Notes: generated by a model not told the origin, from the sequence alone. 64,000 nucleotides of DNA from Octopus sinensis (GCF_006345805.1 NC_042997.1:24118001-24182000); one strand, 5' to 3'; positions 13,263 through 26,148 are shown, counted from the stretch's first letter. Made by a program: numbers and translations.

Positions 13263-13530
13263 GGCGTTCTGATTTCAGGAGAAGTCAGAGATCGGAGGTC
13301 AAACGTTAAAGGTCAGACGTTAGCTGCTAGAGGGATAGTAGAGGAGATAACAGGGTCAAGTGACCTCGCCCCAACATGAAGGTGCATGTGTGCATAAGAG
13401 AGTATGTATGTGCATGTGAAAGAGGGCTTGTGGTCTGGAAGTGTGTATGTATGATGTGATGTGTAATGTCGTATGGTGTAGTGTAGTGTGGTGTGATGTT
13501 GTGGGGAGGTGGCGGCGATATATATATATA

Positions 13531-13892
13531 CCGTGGCACTCCTGTTACGACGACAAGGAAGGCTCACAGTTGATCCGATCAACTGAACAGCCTGCTTGTA
13601 AAATTAACGTGCAAGTGGCTGAGTACTCCACAGACACGTGTACCCTTAAGGTAGATCTCGCGGAGATTCAGGGTGACACGGGCTGTGACAAGGCTGGCCC
13701 TTTGAAATAGGAAGAGTGAAAAAAAGTTTTGGTGAAAGGTACGCCAGCGTTCGCCACCAACCTATGCGGGAGCCTCGTGAGGCTTTAGGTGTTTTCGCTC
13801 AATAAACACTTACAACGCCCGGTCTGAGAATCGAAACCGCGATCCTGTGACCACGAGTCCACTGCCCTAACCACCCAGCCACTGCGCCTCCA
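13531..13892 (-). mobile_element. SINE family C, internally deleted/diverged
   Basis: Matches 61826-62208 (TGGAGGCGCAGTGGC head, GTTTCGATTC B-box, ACGTGTCTGTGGAGT tail region). Confidence 0.85.
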
Positions 13893-13911
13893 CACACACA
13901 TATGTATATGT

Positions 13912-13967
<56 letters not shown>

Positions 13968-14996
13968 ATAATATAGTGTATGTATATATACATGTGTGTG
14001 TGTATGTATATGTATAGTATATATATATATATATGTATAGACGCAAATGTATAGACACGCACACGCACACATTATATCACGAAGTCTCACCATGGGTTTC
14101 ATGTAAATATAACTGAACCACCTCACTGCCACCCACTTCGCCGTCGCCCATTTTCGCTGCTTTGCTTACATACTTACCGGGTTAAGTGTTAAGTCGAACG
14201 GCGGTAAAACATGAAGCATGGCGTTTGAGATCTTCCTACGAGACAAACATTCCCGCTAGCAGAATAAACTGTTTCGAGATGTTGATTTGTGCAGCTGACA
14301 CCACCGTTAGCACCTTGCTCAGCGTTTTGTCTCCGGGCTATCCAGTGCATGTTTATCTCTTATTCTACACACCCCTGTTTCCATGCCTTCAACACAACCA
14401 TAAGTTCTACTTTTCTTCGCCTGGTTGTCCTTCCTACCCGGTTTCGCGCTCTCTCTCTCTCTCTCTCTCTCTCGTTCTCTTTCTCTAACTATCTCTCTAT
14501 CTCTGCTTCTTCCTCTCCCTTTCTTTTTGTTTTCATCTCTCTATTCTAAACAGATGCAAAAAATATCAGTCTTCTTATAAAATAGATATACACAAATATG
14601 TATGCATATTTATATGAATAAGTATTCACTTTATATACATACGGGTTTGATACGCACAAATACACATTACATACACGCATATGTAAATATGTATACATAA
14701 AATTGTATGTATGTATATATATATATGTAAATATGTATATGTACTATGTATATATATATATATATATAATTAATCAATATAGGGTGGCAAAAAAAATTTT
14801 GTAGAATTTTTTTGCCACCAGCGGCCTAGTGGGAAAAAATTAAATAGTCATAGACCATTTTTAAGTTCAACATCAACAATCAAGGAACGGCCGTAATAGG
14901 CCATTCACCCACTAGAAATAACAGCCAAAGCTTCAACCGCAAATAAAAATCAATTCCGTAAACCAGGAGAAAATTTAAAAAAACATTTACCCTGTA

Positions 14997-15101
14997 ATTT
15001 CTTATACGATGCACCGTTTATCTGCTGCTTAATGGTAAACTAACTGATTAAATTAAATCAAGCCAATCTTCCATAGGCCCTCAGATTCTTCAGTAAGAAA
15101 T
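14997..15101 (-). ncRNA. Type I hammerhead, defective copy (G12 missing)
   Basis: Same fold as 15483-15588 but plus strand reads GTTTATCTG instead of GTTTCATCTG; mutation or assembly error. Confidence 0.55.
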
Positions 15102-15482
15102 AGCCAAGTCGGAACAGATATTTTCACAAGGCATTTCCGACCCTGCCAAGGCAATATCTGACCTAAAATTTTCAAATCATCGCACTCGCGCCAAATTTAT
15201 CGGCAGCAAATAAATATAAGCCGTCGATTCCATTACGGAATTAACCAGAAAATTCATATTAATCAATATAGGGTGGCAAAAAAAATTTTGTAGAATTTTT
15301 TTGCCACCAGCGGCCTAGTGGGAAAAAATTAAATAGTCATAGACCATTTTAAAGTTCAACATCAACAATCAAGGAACGGCCATAATAGGCATTCACCCAC
15401 TAGAAATAACAGCCAAGCTTCAACCGCAAATAAAAATCAATTCCGTAAACCAGGAGAAAATTTAAAAAACATTTACCCTGTA

Positions 15483-15588
15483 ATTTCTTATACGATGCAC
15501 CGTTTCATCTGCTGTTTAATGGTAAACTAACCTGATTAAATAAATCAAGCCAATCTTCCATAGGCCCTCAGATTCTTCAGTAAGAAAT
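15483..15588 (-). ncRNA. Type I hammerhead ribozyme (GUA cleavage triplet)
   Basis: AUUUCUUA-CUGAAGA-AUCUG(~60-nt loop)CAGAU-GAAA-CGG(UGCA)UCG-UA-UAAGAAAU: 8-bp stem I, 5-bp stem II, 4-bp stem III. Confidence 0.85.
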
Positions 15589-15971
15589 AGCCAAGTCGGA
15601 ACATATTTTCACGAGGCATTTCCGACCCTGCCAAGGCAATATCTGACCTAAAATTTTCAAATCATCGCACTCGCGCCAAATTTATCGGCAGCAAATAAAT
15701 ATAAGCCGTCGATTCCATTACGGAATTAACCAGAAATTCATAATTAATCAATATAGGGTGGCAAAAAAAAATTTTGTAGAATTTTTTTGCCACCAGCGGC
15801 CTAGTGGGAAAAAAATTAAATAGTCATAGACCATTTTTAAGTTCAACATCAACAATCAAGGAACGGCCATAATAGGCCATTCACCCACTAGGAATAACAG
15901 CCAAAGCTTCAACCGCAAATAAAAATCAATTCCGTAAACCAGGAGAAAATTTAAAAAACATTTACCCTGTA

Positions 15972-16077
15972 ATTTCTTATACGATGCACCGTTTCATCTG
16001 CTGTTTAATGGTAAACTAACTGATTAAATTAAATCAAGCCAATCTTCCATAGGCCCTCAGATTCTTCAGTAAGAAAT
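15972..16077 (-). ncRNA. Type I hammerhead ribozyme
   Basis: Same core and stems as 15483-15588. Confidence 0.85.
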
Positions 16078-16705
16078 AGCCAAGTCGGAACAGATATTTT
16101 CACGAGGCATTTCCGACCCTGCCAAGGCAATATCTGACCTAAAATTTTCAAATCATCGCACTCGCGCCAAATTTATCGGCAGCAAATAAATATAAGCCGT
16201 CGATTCCATTACGGAATTAACCAGAAAATTCATAATTAATCAATATAGGGTGGCAAAAAAAAATTTTGTAGAATTTTTTTGCCACCAGCGGCCTAGTGGG
16301 AAAAAATTAAATAGTCATTGACCATTTTTAAGTTCAACATCAACAATCGAGGAACGGCCATAATAGGATTGATTTTTATTTGCGGTTGAAGCTTTGGCTG
16401 TTATTTCTAGTGGGTGAATGGCCTATTATGGCCGTTCCTTGATTGTTGATGTTGAACTTAAAAATGGTCTATGACTATTTAATTTTTTCCCACTAGGCCG
16501 CTGGTGGCAAAAAAATTCTACAAAATTTTTGCCACCCTATATTGATTAATTATGAATTTTCTGGTTAATCCGTAATGGAATCGACGGCTTATATTTATTG
16601 CTGCCGATAAATTTGGCGCGAGTGCGATGATTTGAAAATTTTAGGTCAGATATTGCCTTGGCAGGGTCGGAAATGCCTCGTGAAAATATCTGTTCCGACT
16701 TGGCT

Positions 16706-16815
16706 ATTTCTTACTGAAGAATCTGAGGGCCTATGGAAGATTGACTTGATTTAATTTAATCAGGTTAGTTTACCATTAAACAGCAGAGATGAACGGTGCA
16801 CGTCGTATAAGAAAT
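16706..16815 (+). ncRNA. Type I hammerhead in the inverted arm, damaged
   Basis: CTGAAGA and stem I intact; GAAAC reads GAAC and stems II/III carry indels. Confidence 0.5.
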
Positions 16816-18077
16816 TACAGGGTAAATGTTTTTTAAAATTTCTCCTGGTTTACGGAATTGATTTTTATTTGCGGTTGAAGCTTTGGCTGTTATTTCTAGT
16901 GGTGAATGGCCTATTATGGCCGTTCCTTGATTGTTGATATATATATATATATATATATATAAAGTAAATATGTATGTATATATGTATATACATATATAAA
17001 ATACATATACATATATATATGTATATATATATATAAACACAGATATTTATGTATATATATATGTTGTGTGTGTGTGCGTGTGTGTATATATATATACATA
17101 ATTATATACATATATATATTTTGATATATATACATATATATATATAAATACAAATACATATGTATATATATAAATATATATGTACATATCAATATATTTA
17201 TGAATATGTATATATATATATATATAACACACATACATTTGTATACATTATATAAGTATGTGTGTGTGAGTGTGTGTGTGTGCGTGTGTGTGTATATATG
17301 ATATATATGTAAATCTACAGAGAAAAAGGGAGAGAGTGATGGTAAAAGAGAGGGAAAGTAAACTAGACTGACAGAATTGTAGATAGATCGATTGATGACT
17401 AGATAAATGAATAGATATACCGATGATGGATAAATACATTGATTGATTCAGAATTTGGTTCCTCACATCCTGATACACACACAGTCCCCTACAAATGCGT
17501 ACACATACATAACTACAAACTGTGTACTGGCAACCCTATATAGCTTGTTGACAGCTAAAATTCGGTAAGCCACTGAGGTAGCAAGGTGTGTAGGTTACTG
17601 TTGTCTACAAGCGAGGTGCTGCTGCTGATGATGTGATGATATTGACGTTGTTATTGTGATGCGGCTCCAGTTGCAGACGATAATGATAGAAGCAGACGAT
17701 AATGATAGATGACCGAAAAGACAAAAAAAAAAAAAGAAAAAACAACGAAATATACGAAGCCTTATATATATTTCACGCACACGCGTGTACAAACGCACAT
17801 ATGTATACAAACACGGACACACAGATACACATACACATGCGCACACATTGTAAATGCAATATTTAATATGCTAACAAGACAATGCAGGAATCCCTAGTTT
17901 TATCCTATTCATTATTAGCTTAACTCTTTAATTGGTAAAAAAATACCGTCAATGTTTCGGACTTTATTCTTTTGCCAACTGCTAAGTTAGGGGTGGTCAA
18001 CTAGTCCCCACCAGTCGACAAGTGGTGACAAGGAAATATACATACACACAATGTGTGTATTTGTGTGTGTGTGAGTG

Positions 18078-18320
18078 TGGAGGCGCAGTGGCCAAATGGT
18101 TAGGGCAGCGGACTCGCGGTCGTAGGATCGTGGTTTCGATTACCAGACCGGGCGTTGTGAGTGTTTATTGAGCGAAAAGAGCCTAAAAGCCCCACAAGGC
18201 TCCGTCATGGAGTGGTGGTGATCCCTACTGTACTCTTTCACCACAACTTTCTCTCACTCTTTCTTCTGTTGGCCTGCTCACTTCGCCAGCGGGATGGCGT
18301 CATTTGAAGGCTAAAAACAA
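18078..18320 (+). mobile_element. SINE family C head and middle with a different short tail
   Basis: TGGAGGCGCAGTGGCCAAATGGTTAGGGCAGCGGACTCGCGG...CTCTTTCACCACAACTTTCTCTCACTC, then diverges from 61826-62208. Confidence 0.8.
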
Positions 18321-20501
18321 TGTATGTATACATACACACACAAACACACACACCACACACACCACACACATCACACACACACATATATATATATATTGTA
18401 GATTAGGTAGGCATAATTCGCCCCTGGTTTTCAATCTCATTATTTGACCTAGGCATAGTTCTGCTGTAGTACAGATGCTGCATACACTCCTACAACACCA
18501 TTTTCTTTACGTGCTATAAAAGATAGAAATAAATCTGCCTTTAACTTAGTTGCACGCCTCTGATTCGCTTATTTTTTGTGTGTTTTACTACATAAAAGTC
18601 ACCAACTGCCTATCATCCAACTGACGGTACGGGCCTGAGATATACATTATTAATATTTTTGCGACTGGTTATCTTCAGTGAAATCCTATTTGAGAAGACT
18701 TATTGTTTTAGATAGATATGCCATTAAAGGTGGACGGATTTATGGTGATCACATTTCACATTTTTATAATCATATTATAAACAAATTATCCAATGATTAC
18801 TATTAAAAAAATTGGGTGAGACTTGAGAAGGATTTGGCTGATATTTATTGCGCATCAAGCGTTCACCCACGGACATCCTTAACTCATAGTTGTTGTTACT
18901 GCTGCTGGTGGTGACATCTAAACAAACAGATCCATGACTTACTGTATTCTAAATGTGACCACATTATTCTTTGATTAGACTCTAGGAGTATATTATTTAA
19001 GATTGCCCTTCCTTATTTAGACTCTTAGGATGTGGTTTGAAATAAAGTAGCAGCTATTTTTAGCTTATCAAGGTACCCCACATGCGCGTTCCCCCGTTGG
19101 GTCATAAAATGCATTGTGAAGACAGGTGAAACATTTAAGTTGAAGCAACAAGGAATACAAAAAAAATATTGAACTACAACGTGGAAAGACGAACGACTAA
19201 CAAAAAAATATAAAAAAGCAACAAAAGCCATAAACTAAACTCAAACAAAAATGAAAAAAAAAATTAGAGAACAGGAAAACTACGCCAGTGGAAATACCAA
19301 TAAAAGTGCATCAAGAGAAGCAGCTCTAATAATATAAACATTCATTTATAAAGATATCAAGTCAAACTTTGTTCCAGCGTCATTACCATCGATAACACCA
19401 TGTAGCATGAATAAGAAGACTGAAAGCAGTAAAACAACAACAATAACATTATCTAAAAATAATAACAACAGCAAGAGCTGCAACAGTGACAGCAGTAACA
19501 GTTAATAGCACAAACTCTGTCCGCGCAAAACTATGAAAAACTAAGCTATAATCGAAGTCGTTCCATTGTTAGCAAGGCGAGATAACCGTCAAGCCGAGAT
19601 AATGTAATCAAGCGGTAAAGATGGCGACCAGACGTTTTGTAGCTAATTTGTAACACTCAGCAGTGCAACAGGAAATTATGCCAATCACTGAGGCGTACTT
19701 TCATCAAATTATATATGATGACTGATGTGTATTTTATATAGTCAATTGACGCTGGAAACATCGTTTCCTGTCAAGATCACCCTCGTTAAGGAACACTGAA
19801 CTCGGTTGGCTAACAACACATGAATGATAGTTTGTATACATATATATTTTTTGTTTACTTTTTGTAAGAAAATATCCCTTATATAAACTATGTGCAGTGA
19901 TGATTGGCTTGGAGAGTATCAGAGTCACGATTATGTAAAAGAGATAAAAAAATCTTTCAAAATGTTATGTGTTATTTTTAAAAAATAATAGCGAATTACG
20001 GAATAACTAAGAGCCGAGTTACTGGACAGTTGGATCCTGTCAAAACTGAATTTTTTTTTTTTTTTTACTAAGTATGGAAATACATTGAACAAATGTTTAA
20101 AAAAAATTATCTTTTAATTCGTTTTATTTTTTGTACATATTGTCAGAATGTTGTCTGATGATATTCAGATATATAGAATCACACAAATATATTTTTCCCC
20201 TCTGCTATTACGCTGTGAAACAGATGTGTAGATCTATAGTAAAATTACATTTTTCTCTTGCACAATTCACATAACTCAATGATTTAAGCGTAAAATTGTA
20301 AAAGATAAACAGACACAGGTATAGTTACAGAGTGAAGAGTTTGCTTCGCAGCCATGCAGCCGGTTCCAGTTTCAATGACACTGCACAGTATATTTAGGTG
20401 TTTGATATGGTTGACCAGTGCCTTGCGATGATGTACGTAACATTGATCAATACGGTGCTAATAAATTATGGTAGAAGGAAACATTCTGTATCCCATTCAA
20501 C

Positions 20502-20581
<80 letters not shown>

Positions 20582-20678
20582 ATCCATTTCTTTATGTTTA
20601 TAGCTATATATTACTGGTGTAATCATGTCTATATATTCTGTTGTGTCTGGGGAGAGTAATTTTCTTTTTGTGCATTAT

Positions 20679-21096
20679 AGGCGCAGGAGTGGCTGTGTGG
20701 TAAGTAGCTTGTTTACCAACCACATGGTTCCGGGTTCAGTCCCACTGCGTGGCACCTTGGACAAGTGTCTTCTACTATAGCCTCGGGCCGACCAAAGCCT
20801 TGTGAGTGGATTTGGTAGACGGAAACTGAAAGAAGCCCGTCGTATATATGTATATATATGTATATGTGCGTGTGTGTGTTTGTGTGTCTGTGTTTGTCCC
20901 CCTAGCATTGCTTGACAACCGATGCTGGTGTGTTTATGTCCCCGTTACTTAGCGGTTCGGCAAAAGAGACCGATTGAATAGAGACTGGGCTTACAAAAGA
21001 ATAAGTCCGGGGTCGATTTGCTCGATTAAAGGCGGTGCTCCAGCATGGCCGCAGTCAAATGACTGAAACAAGTAAAAGAGTAAAGAGTAAAAAGAG
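20679..21096 (+). mobile_element. SINE family A, full length
   Basis: A/B boxes, internal microsatellite, (TAAAAGAG)n tail. Confidence 0.92.
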
Positions 21097-21676
21097 TATA
21101 ATGTAACACACTGGCCGGTAAAATTTCCAATTATTTCTTATTTCTATTTTCCTGAAATTTTCGTTGCGTCTTGCAACCTTTTTAATAGTATTGACTCTGT
21201 CCGTTATTTAAACTGCGTTTCTTTTTGTTCCAAATCCCAAAACAAAATATGCCTATATTGTCGTATCCCTTTTCCTCATAATATATATAATACAATAAAC
21301 ATTGATCAATAAAGTTAGTGGAGTGGATATCACGGAGAAAACCCTACATGGAGTGTCTGTTCATGGCCGCAGTCTAATGTCTGAAACTAATGAACAACTA
21401 CAGGAGCCATAAAAAGATCTTACTCATTTATCGAGGGCTCAATATTGCTTGTTCACTGATTCATATTTCTGGCTGTATGTTGTCTATACTATCCGTCGAA
21501 AATTTGCTGTTATTTTATCTTTGGGAAGATTTTAAACGCCAAATCTGGTTCTTTTTTTTTTCTAATAAATTGGTCTACTTCATCGTTTCAGATGGTACAG
21601 TATACGATATTTAAGACTAGATGCCGTATAGTCTTATATATGACAATCTTTATTCACCGGTTGACTTATCTACAAG

Positions 21677-21906
21677 GCGGCGAGCTGGCAGAATCGTTAG
21701 CATGCCGGGCGAAATGCTTAGCGATATTTCGTCTGGCGCAACGTTGTGAGTTCAAATTCCGCTGAGGTCGACTTTGCCTTTCATCCTTTCGGGGTCGATA
21801 AATTAAGTACCAGTTACGCACTGGGGTCGATGTAATCGACTTAATACCTATATCTGTCCTTGTTTGTCCCCTCTATGTTTAGCCCCTTGTGGGTAATAAA
21901 GAAATA
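21677..21906 (+). mobile_element. SINE family B (Deu/Nin-like central domain) with TSD
   Basis: GGCGGCGAGCTGGCAGAATCGTTAGC head, GAGTTCAAATTCC B-box, GCCTTTCATCCTTTCGGGGTCGATAAATTAAGTACC core; flanking GGTTGACTTATC(T/C)ACAAG direct repeats. Domain name from recall. Confidence 0.85.
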
Positions 21907-22363
21907 GGTTGACTTATCCACAAGTCTTGTTAACTTGGTGGTCGACAACTAAGTTCAGACTTTCGCAAAGATTCGCTCTCAGTCTCTGGTTTCAAGATAA
22001 ATTTCTCTCTCCCTCCCCTCGGTCTGGAGGAAACCGGATGTAACAGCAAATTTTCGACGGATAGTATAGACGACATAAGACCAGAAATATGAATCAGTGA
22101 ATAAGCAATATTTAGCCCTCGATAAATGAGTAAGACCTTTCATGGCTCATGTACTTGTTCACTAGCTTCAGACATTAGACTGCGGCCATGGACAGGCACA
22201 GCCATCTAGGCTTTCCTCCGTGATATCCACCCCGCTAACTTCTAAAATAAAATAATAAAAATTAAAGAAATTGATGATGGGTTTCTTTTATTCGTTATAT
22301 GAAATAGGTAAAATCTGGTGTCAAACTGTGTTGGCATCAAAATATTTGAGTAATAAATTATTC

Positions 22364-22430
22364 AATGGCGGTGCCCCAGCATGGCCACAGCTCATTAGCT
22401 GAAACTGGAAAAATCAAAATCAAATCAAAA
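22364..22430 (+). mobile_element. Very short 3' stub of the CR1-clade LINE
   Basis: ATGGCGGTGCCCCAGCATGGCCACAGCTCATTAGCTGAAACT plus (AAATC)-like tail, matching the LINE end at 51221-51290. Confidence 0.75.
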
Positions 22431-23209
22431 TTGTCTTAAACATATGATAGATTGTGTGTAATGGAAAGGCAATACCAAAATGTTCAAAATTCCAAGCTCC
22501 AGTTGACACCGAGAGAAATAGCGGCCAAATCTTCTACTATTCGCATCTGTCTGTCTCATTGAATTCTTTAATGTAGTCTATGTATGCACAAAAAAAAATA
22601 AAAATACGGAATTCCTGTTGTTTAGAACACCTATGATCATTAGCTGGCTCTGTCAGGATCAGAAAAAAACCTTGGGTTAAACAACTTAAATAGAAAAAAA
22701 AGCCATTTTTTTTTTCTTTTTGATGTTTAAAAAATCTGAACATATTGTTGGATTTGTAAGAATTCTTTGAACGGCATCAAATATATTGGACAGACGAAGC
22801 GAAAGCTGAGATTGCCGTAAGAATATACATAAATCTAGTTGACCTCTAACCAAAACTATAAATCAGTATACAGAGTATAAACTGCACAAAACTGAGAATA
22901 TGGAATGATTTATTAACAATTTGCTGAAAAGCCATTGATTAAGCGTCGTATGAATGAACGCAATGAAAAGCACAGATGTCAGCTTCATACAAAATATAAA
23001 CAGCATTACACAACCACACGCACGCACACATACATATATGCACACATAACAAAACGGGGGTGTATTTATGTATATTCGCTTGTGTACACACACACATACA
23101 TATGTATATACATATCTATATCTATCTATCTATATATATATCTATATATATATATTATTATCTATATTATGCATATATATATATATATACATATATATTA
23201 TATTATATA

Positions 23210-23267
<58 letters not shown>

Positions 23268-23617
23268 ATAATATATATATATATATATATATTAACGTAC
23301 ATAAATACGCTCGCACCAACAACCACACACACAAATATATAGACATACATGAAAATCATATATTTACAATAAGTAGGCGAGAGCTAAATAAGCACAGTAT
23401 AGAAAAAACACCAGTGGTCAGATAGTTTTCAACTTAAATTACGACTTCGGTATCCTGTGCAAGGCCACGACATCAAAGGTGGATTTAAGAGAACTCCAAC
23501 TCGCACGGATATGGATGAAGTAAGGTATGTAAACACAATTAGGGCTGATTGATATATTTACATGGAGCACGAAAACCACAGAATAAAAACAAAGGAAATG
23601 TATAGAGAGAAATTATG

Positions 23618-23648
<31 letters not shown>

Positions 23649-23649
23649 A

Positions 23650-23860
23650 CGGGAAGCTTTATGAAAATAAACAAAAGACGAAGGCAGGTGGAATACAAAC
23701 AAACAATTGTATTAGTATGGCGCTCAGGAATATAAATAAAACAAGTCTTTTACGTTTCGAGCCTACGCTCTTCAACAGAAAGATACACAGAAAAGAAACA
23801 CGGAGAGAAACAAGGAGAAAAAAAATGCGTGCAGAAGCTAGCGAATCAACATGGCGATCT
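23650..23860 (-). mobile_element. Second copy of the ~190-bp minimal-hammerhead repeat, adjacent to (TA)n
   Basis: High identity to 13070-13262. Confidence 0.7.
23746..23783 (-). ncRNA. Minimal type I hammerhead fold with variant core CUGUUGA
   Basis: UCUUU-CUGUUGA-A-GAGC(GUAG)GCUC-GAAA-CGU-A-AAAGA. Confidence 0.6.
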
Positions 23861-23924
23861 GTATATATATATACGTATATATATTTATATGTATATATAT
23901 GATATTATGATAATAAGAATTATA

Positions 23925-24215
23925 GAAATTTTTATTACCAGTGGCCTAGCGCAAAAAGATTTAGTCAATCGACTATATATTATTCATATAAAATATCGTG
24001 TACATTAAAACACATTGAGAGGCTTCCATCATAGGAAACCCTTGCGCTAGAAAGAGCAGTAAACAGCTCAAACCACTAATTAGGGATAAATTCTCGAAGG
24101 GAACGAAAATTAAAAACATTTACCATATAATTTAGTTCCTGGACCATGGTTTCTGACTTATTTCAGTAAATAAAGATTTACTGAGGTCAGTCTTCATCAG
24201 TAGGTAACCTTTAGA
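23925..24215 (-). mobile_element. Highly diverged relative of the 488-bp monomer
   Basis: Collinear motifs ACCAGTGGCCTAG, CTAGAAAGAGCAG, AAAATTAAAAACATTTACC and a hammerhead in the same order and spacing. Confidence 0.65.
24134..24209 (-). ncRNA. Type I hammerhead (GUC triplet), divergent family member
   Basis: GGUUACCUA-CUGAUGA-A-GACU(loop with UCAGUAAA/UUUACUGA hairpin)AGUC-A-GAAA-C(CAUG)G-UC-CAGGAACU; stem III is the palindrome ACCAUGGU; stem I imperfect. Confidence 0.7.
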
Positions 24216-24802
24216 TTTTAAATATACACACAACGAGATCGATTCCGTATGTAAACTCATTATTTGTATATTTTAACTTTTCAAATCCACTATGCAGACG
24301 CAGCTTATATCCGACAACAAAGAGGATGCCGGTAAATACTCGAACAAATTTATAAAAAAATCAACTACGACTGCTGAAGCTCTCAAACTAATCTGTCATA
24401 TCTATCGACTTTTCTTTTATTCCTTATCGCATACCTTGTTGTCAGCTGGGCATGCTATATCTATGATCCAACATCGTTTGCTTTCTTTCTCAAGTAACAC
24501 TATCTGGTTTCCTATTCTCTATCTCTTCTTGTTCTTCTTGTTCTTGTTGTTCTTGTTCTTGTTGTTCTTGTTCTTGTTCTTGTTCTTGTTCTTGTTCTTG
24601 TTCTTGTTCTTCTTGTTCTTGTTCTTCTTGTTCTTCTTCTTCTTCTTCTTCTTCTTCTTCTTCTTCTTCTTCTTCTTCTTCTTCTCTTCTTCTTATATTA
24701 TTATTATTATTATATTATTATTATATTATTATTATTATTATTATTATTATATTATTATTATATTATTATTATTATTATTATTATTTTATTATATTATTAT
24801 TA

Positions 24803-24844
<42 letters not shown>

Positions 24845-24864
24845 CATTATTTTATATCGTGATT

Positions 24865-25336
24865 AGTATTTTTATATGTTTGACTTTTGCTTTGTATGTA
24901 CAAGTTGGTTCCAAGTCTCACCCTGAGACCCCAAGGGACAACAAGTTAGAAGATCATGCCGGTGTTATGCCTAGCGTGTCATATATTTGGTTTAAGAATG
25001 TTTAAGAAAACATAAGAAAACTAAGTTTGTTTTGAAATTTGAGATTACATAGACAGTATTTTACGTAGGATATGGGCAGTTCCTATGAGCACCATCTTTT
25101 GAATTTCTGCCATTTTGGGGTTTCCTGGTATCTTAGGTAGGTAGCAATCAGCCCCATTTGCTATCATTCCTACGATACCTATGACAACAGGTATTGTTTT
25201 AATCGTGACATTCTGCATTTTGCCAATTTATATTTCAAGATCTTTATACTTGCTCAGTTTGTGTTAGGTCTTGACTGATACATTTATATCTATTGCGACA
25301 GCCATATCAATGAGGAAGCAAGGTTTTTGTCTGATG
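24865..25336 (-). mobile_element. R4/Dong-clade LINE 3' end, family 1 (restriction-like endonuclease C-terminus + 3'UTR)
   Basis: Translates as PCFLIDMAVAIDINVSVKT*HKLSKYKDLEI*...TIPVVIGIVGMI...EIQKMVLIGTAHILRKILSM*; flanked by (TTA)n and (CAT)n. Confidence 0.85.
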
Positions 25337-25365
25337 TCATCATCATCATCATCATCATTATCATA

Positions 25366-26000
25366 TATGGTTTCTTTTCATTATAACTTTATTTCAACTG
25401 GCTTAGTACCGGGCATCCTCCGGAGGCCAAGAGTAGCACGTGCACTTCTGTTTTGCTATGCATGCTAAAATTACCACCACATTTACTCCATTTTAGATGG
25501 AGAGTACTTTCCGTAGTATATGGGCTGCACGCATCAAGGTTATCTTTTGTAGTTCACGGAGTTTGGAGTTACCACGAAGTTGCTTAATATACTTCTCAGC
25601 TCTCTTCTTCATCATTCCTAACGCACCAATCACTACTGGTATTTTCGTATTTCTAAGCTTCCACATTTTTGTGATTTCAATTTGCAGATCTTTATTGTAA
25701 GAAAGCTTTTCGTATTCTTTTCCTGAGACATTTTGATCTTGTGGGACTGACATATCGCTTAACAGACAAGTTCCTCTGTTGTAGTCCTTGATCACAATGT
25801 CTAGTCGATTGGAGTCAATTTTTCTATCTGTTTTTGCATTGGGAAATGCCAAAAGATTGTGACACCCTTGCCATATACTACATCCTCTGAATGATGCCTG
25901 TATCACTTATGAGATTTAATTTTGTAGTATTGCAGTGTATATGTACTGCCTCTAGTCTGTCATGTCTTATGAGGTTCTCCTTTCCTGCGAGGACTGCGCA
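25366..26000 (-). mobile_element. R4/Dong-clade LINE 3' end, family 2
   Basis: CAVLAGKENLIRHD (end of CCHC region), TDRKIDSNRLDIVIKD...DMSVPQDQNVSGKEYEKL..KDLQIEITKMW...IPVVIGALG...LQKITLMRAAHILRKVLSI*; 5' junction in (AAT)n. Confidence 0.9.
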
Positions 26001-26007
26001 ATTATTA

Positions 26008-26062
<55 letters not shown>

Positions 26063-26148
26063 CATCATCATCATCATCATCGTCGTCGTCGTCATCGTCG
26101 TCGTCGTCATCATCATCATCATCATCATCATCATTATTATTATTATTA

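Larger units (their letters stand above)
14767..16938. repeat. Tandem array of ~488-bp hammerhead-containing monomers (~3.3 direct + ~1.2 inverted) inserted in (TA)n; retrozyme-like
   Basis: Monomer starts near 14770, 15259, 15746, 16238; hammerhead cores spaced 487 and 489 nt; inversion junction ~16367; (TA)n on both flanks. Confidence 0.9.

Noticed and set aside
14168-14200. ATACTTACC as the 5' end of U1 snRNA
   Set aside because: Downstream sequence does not continue as U1; better read as a minus-strand splice donor.
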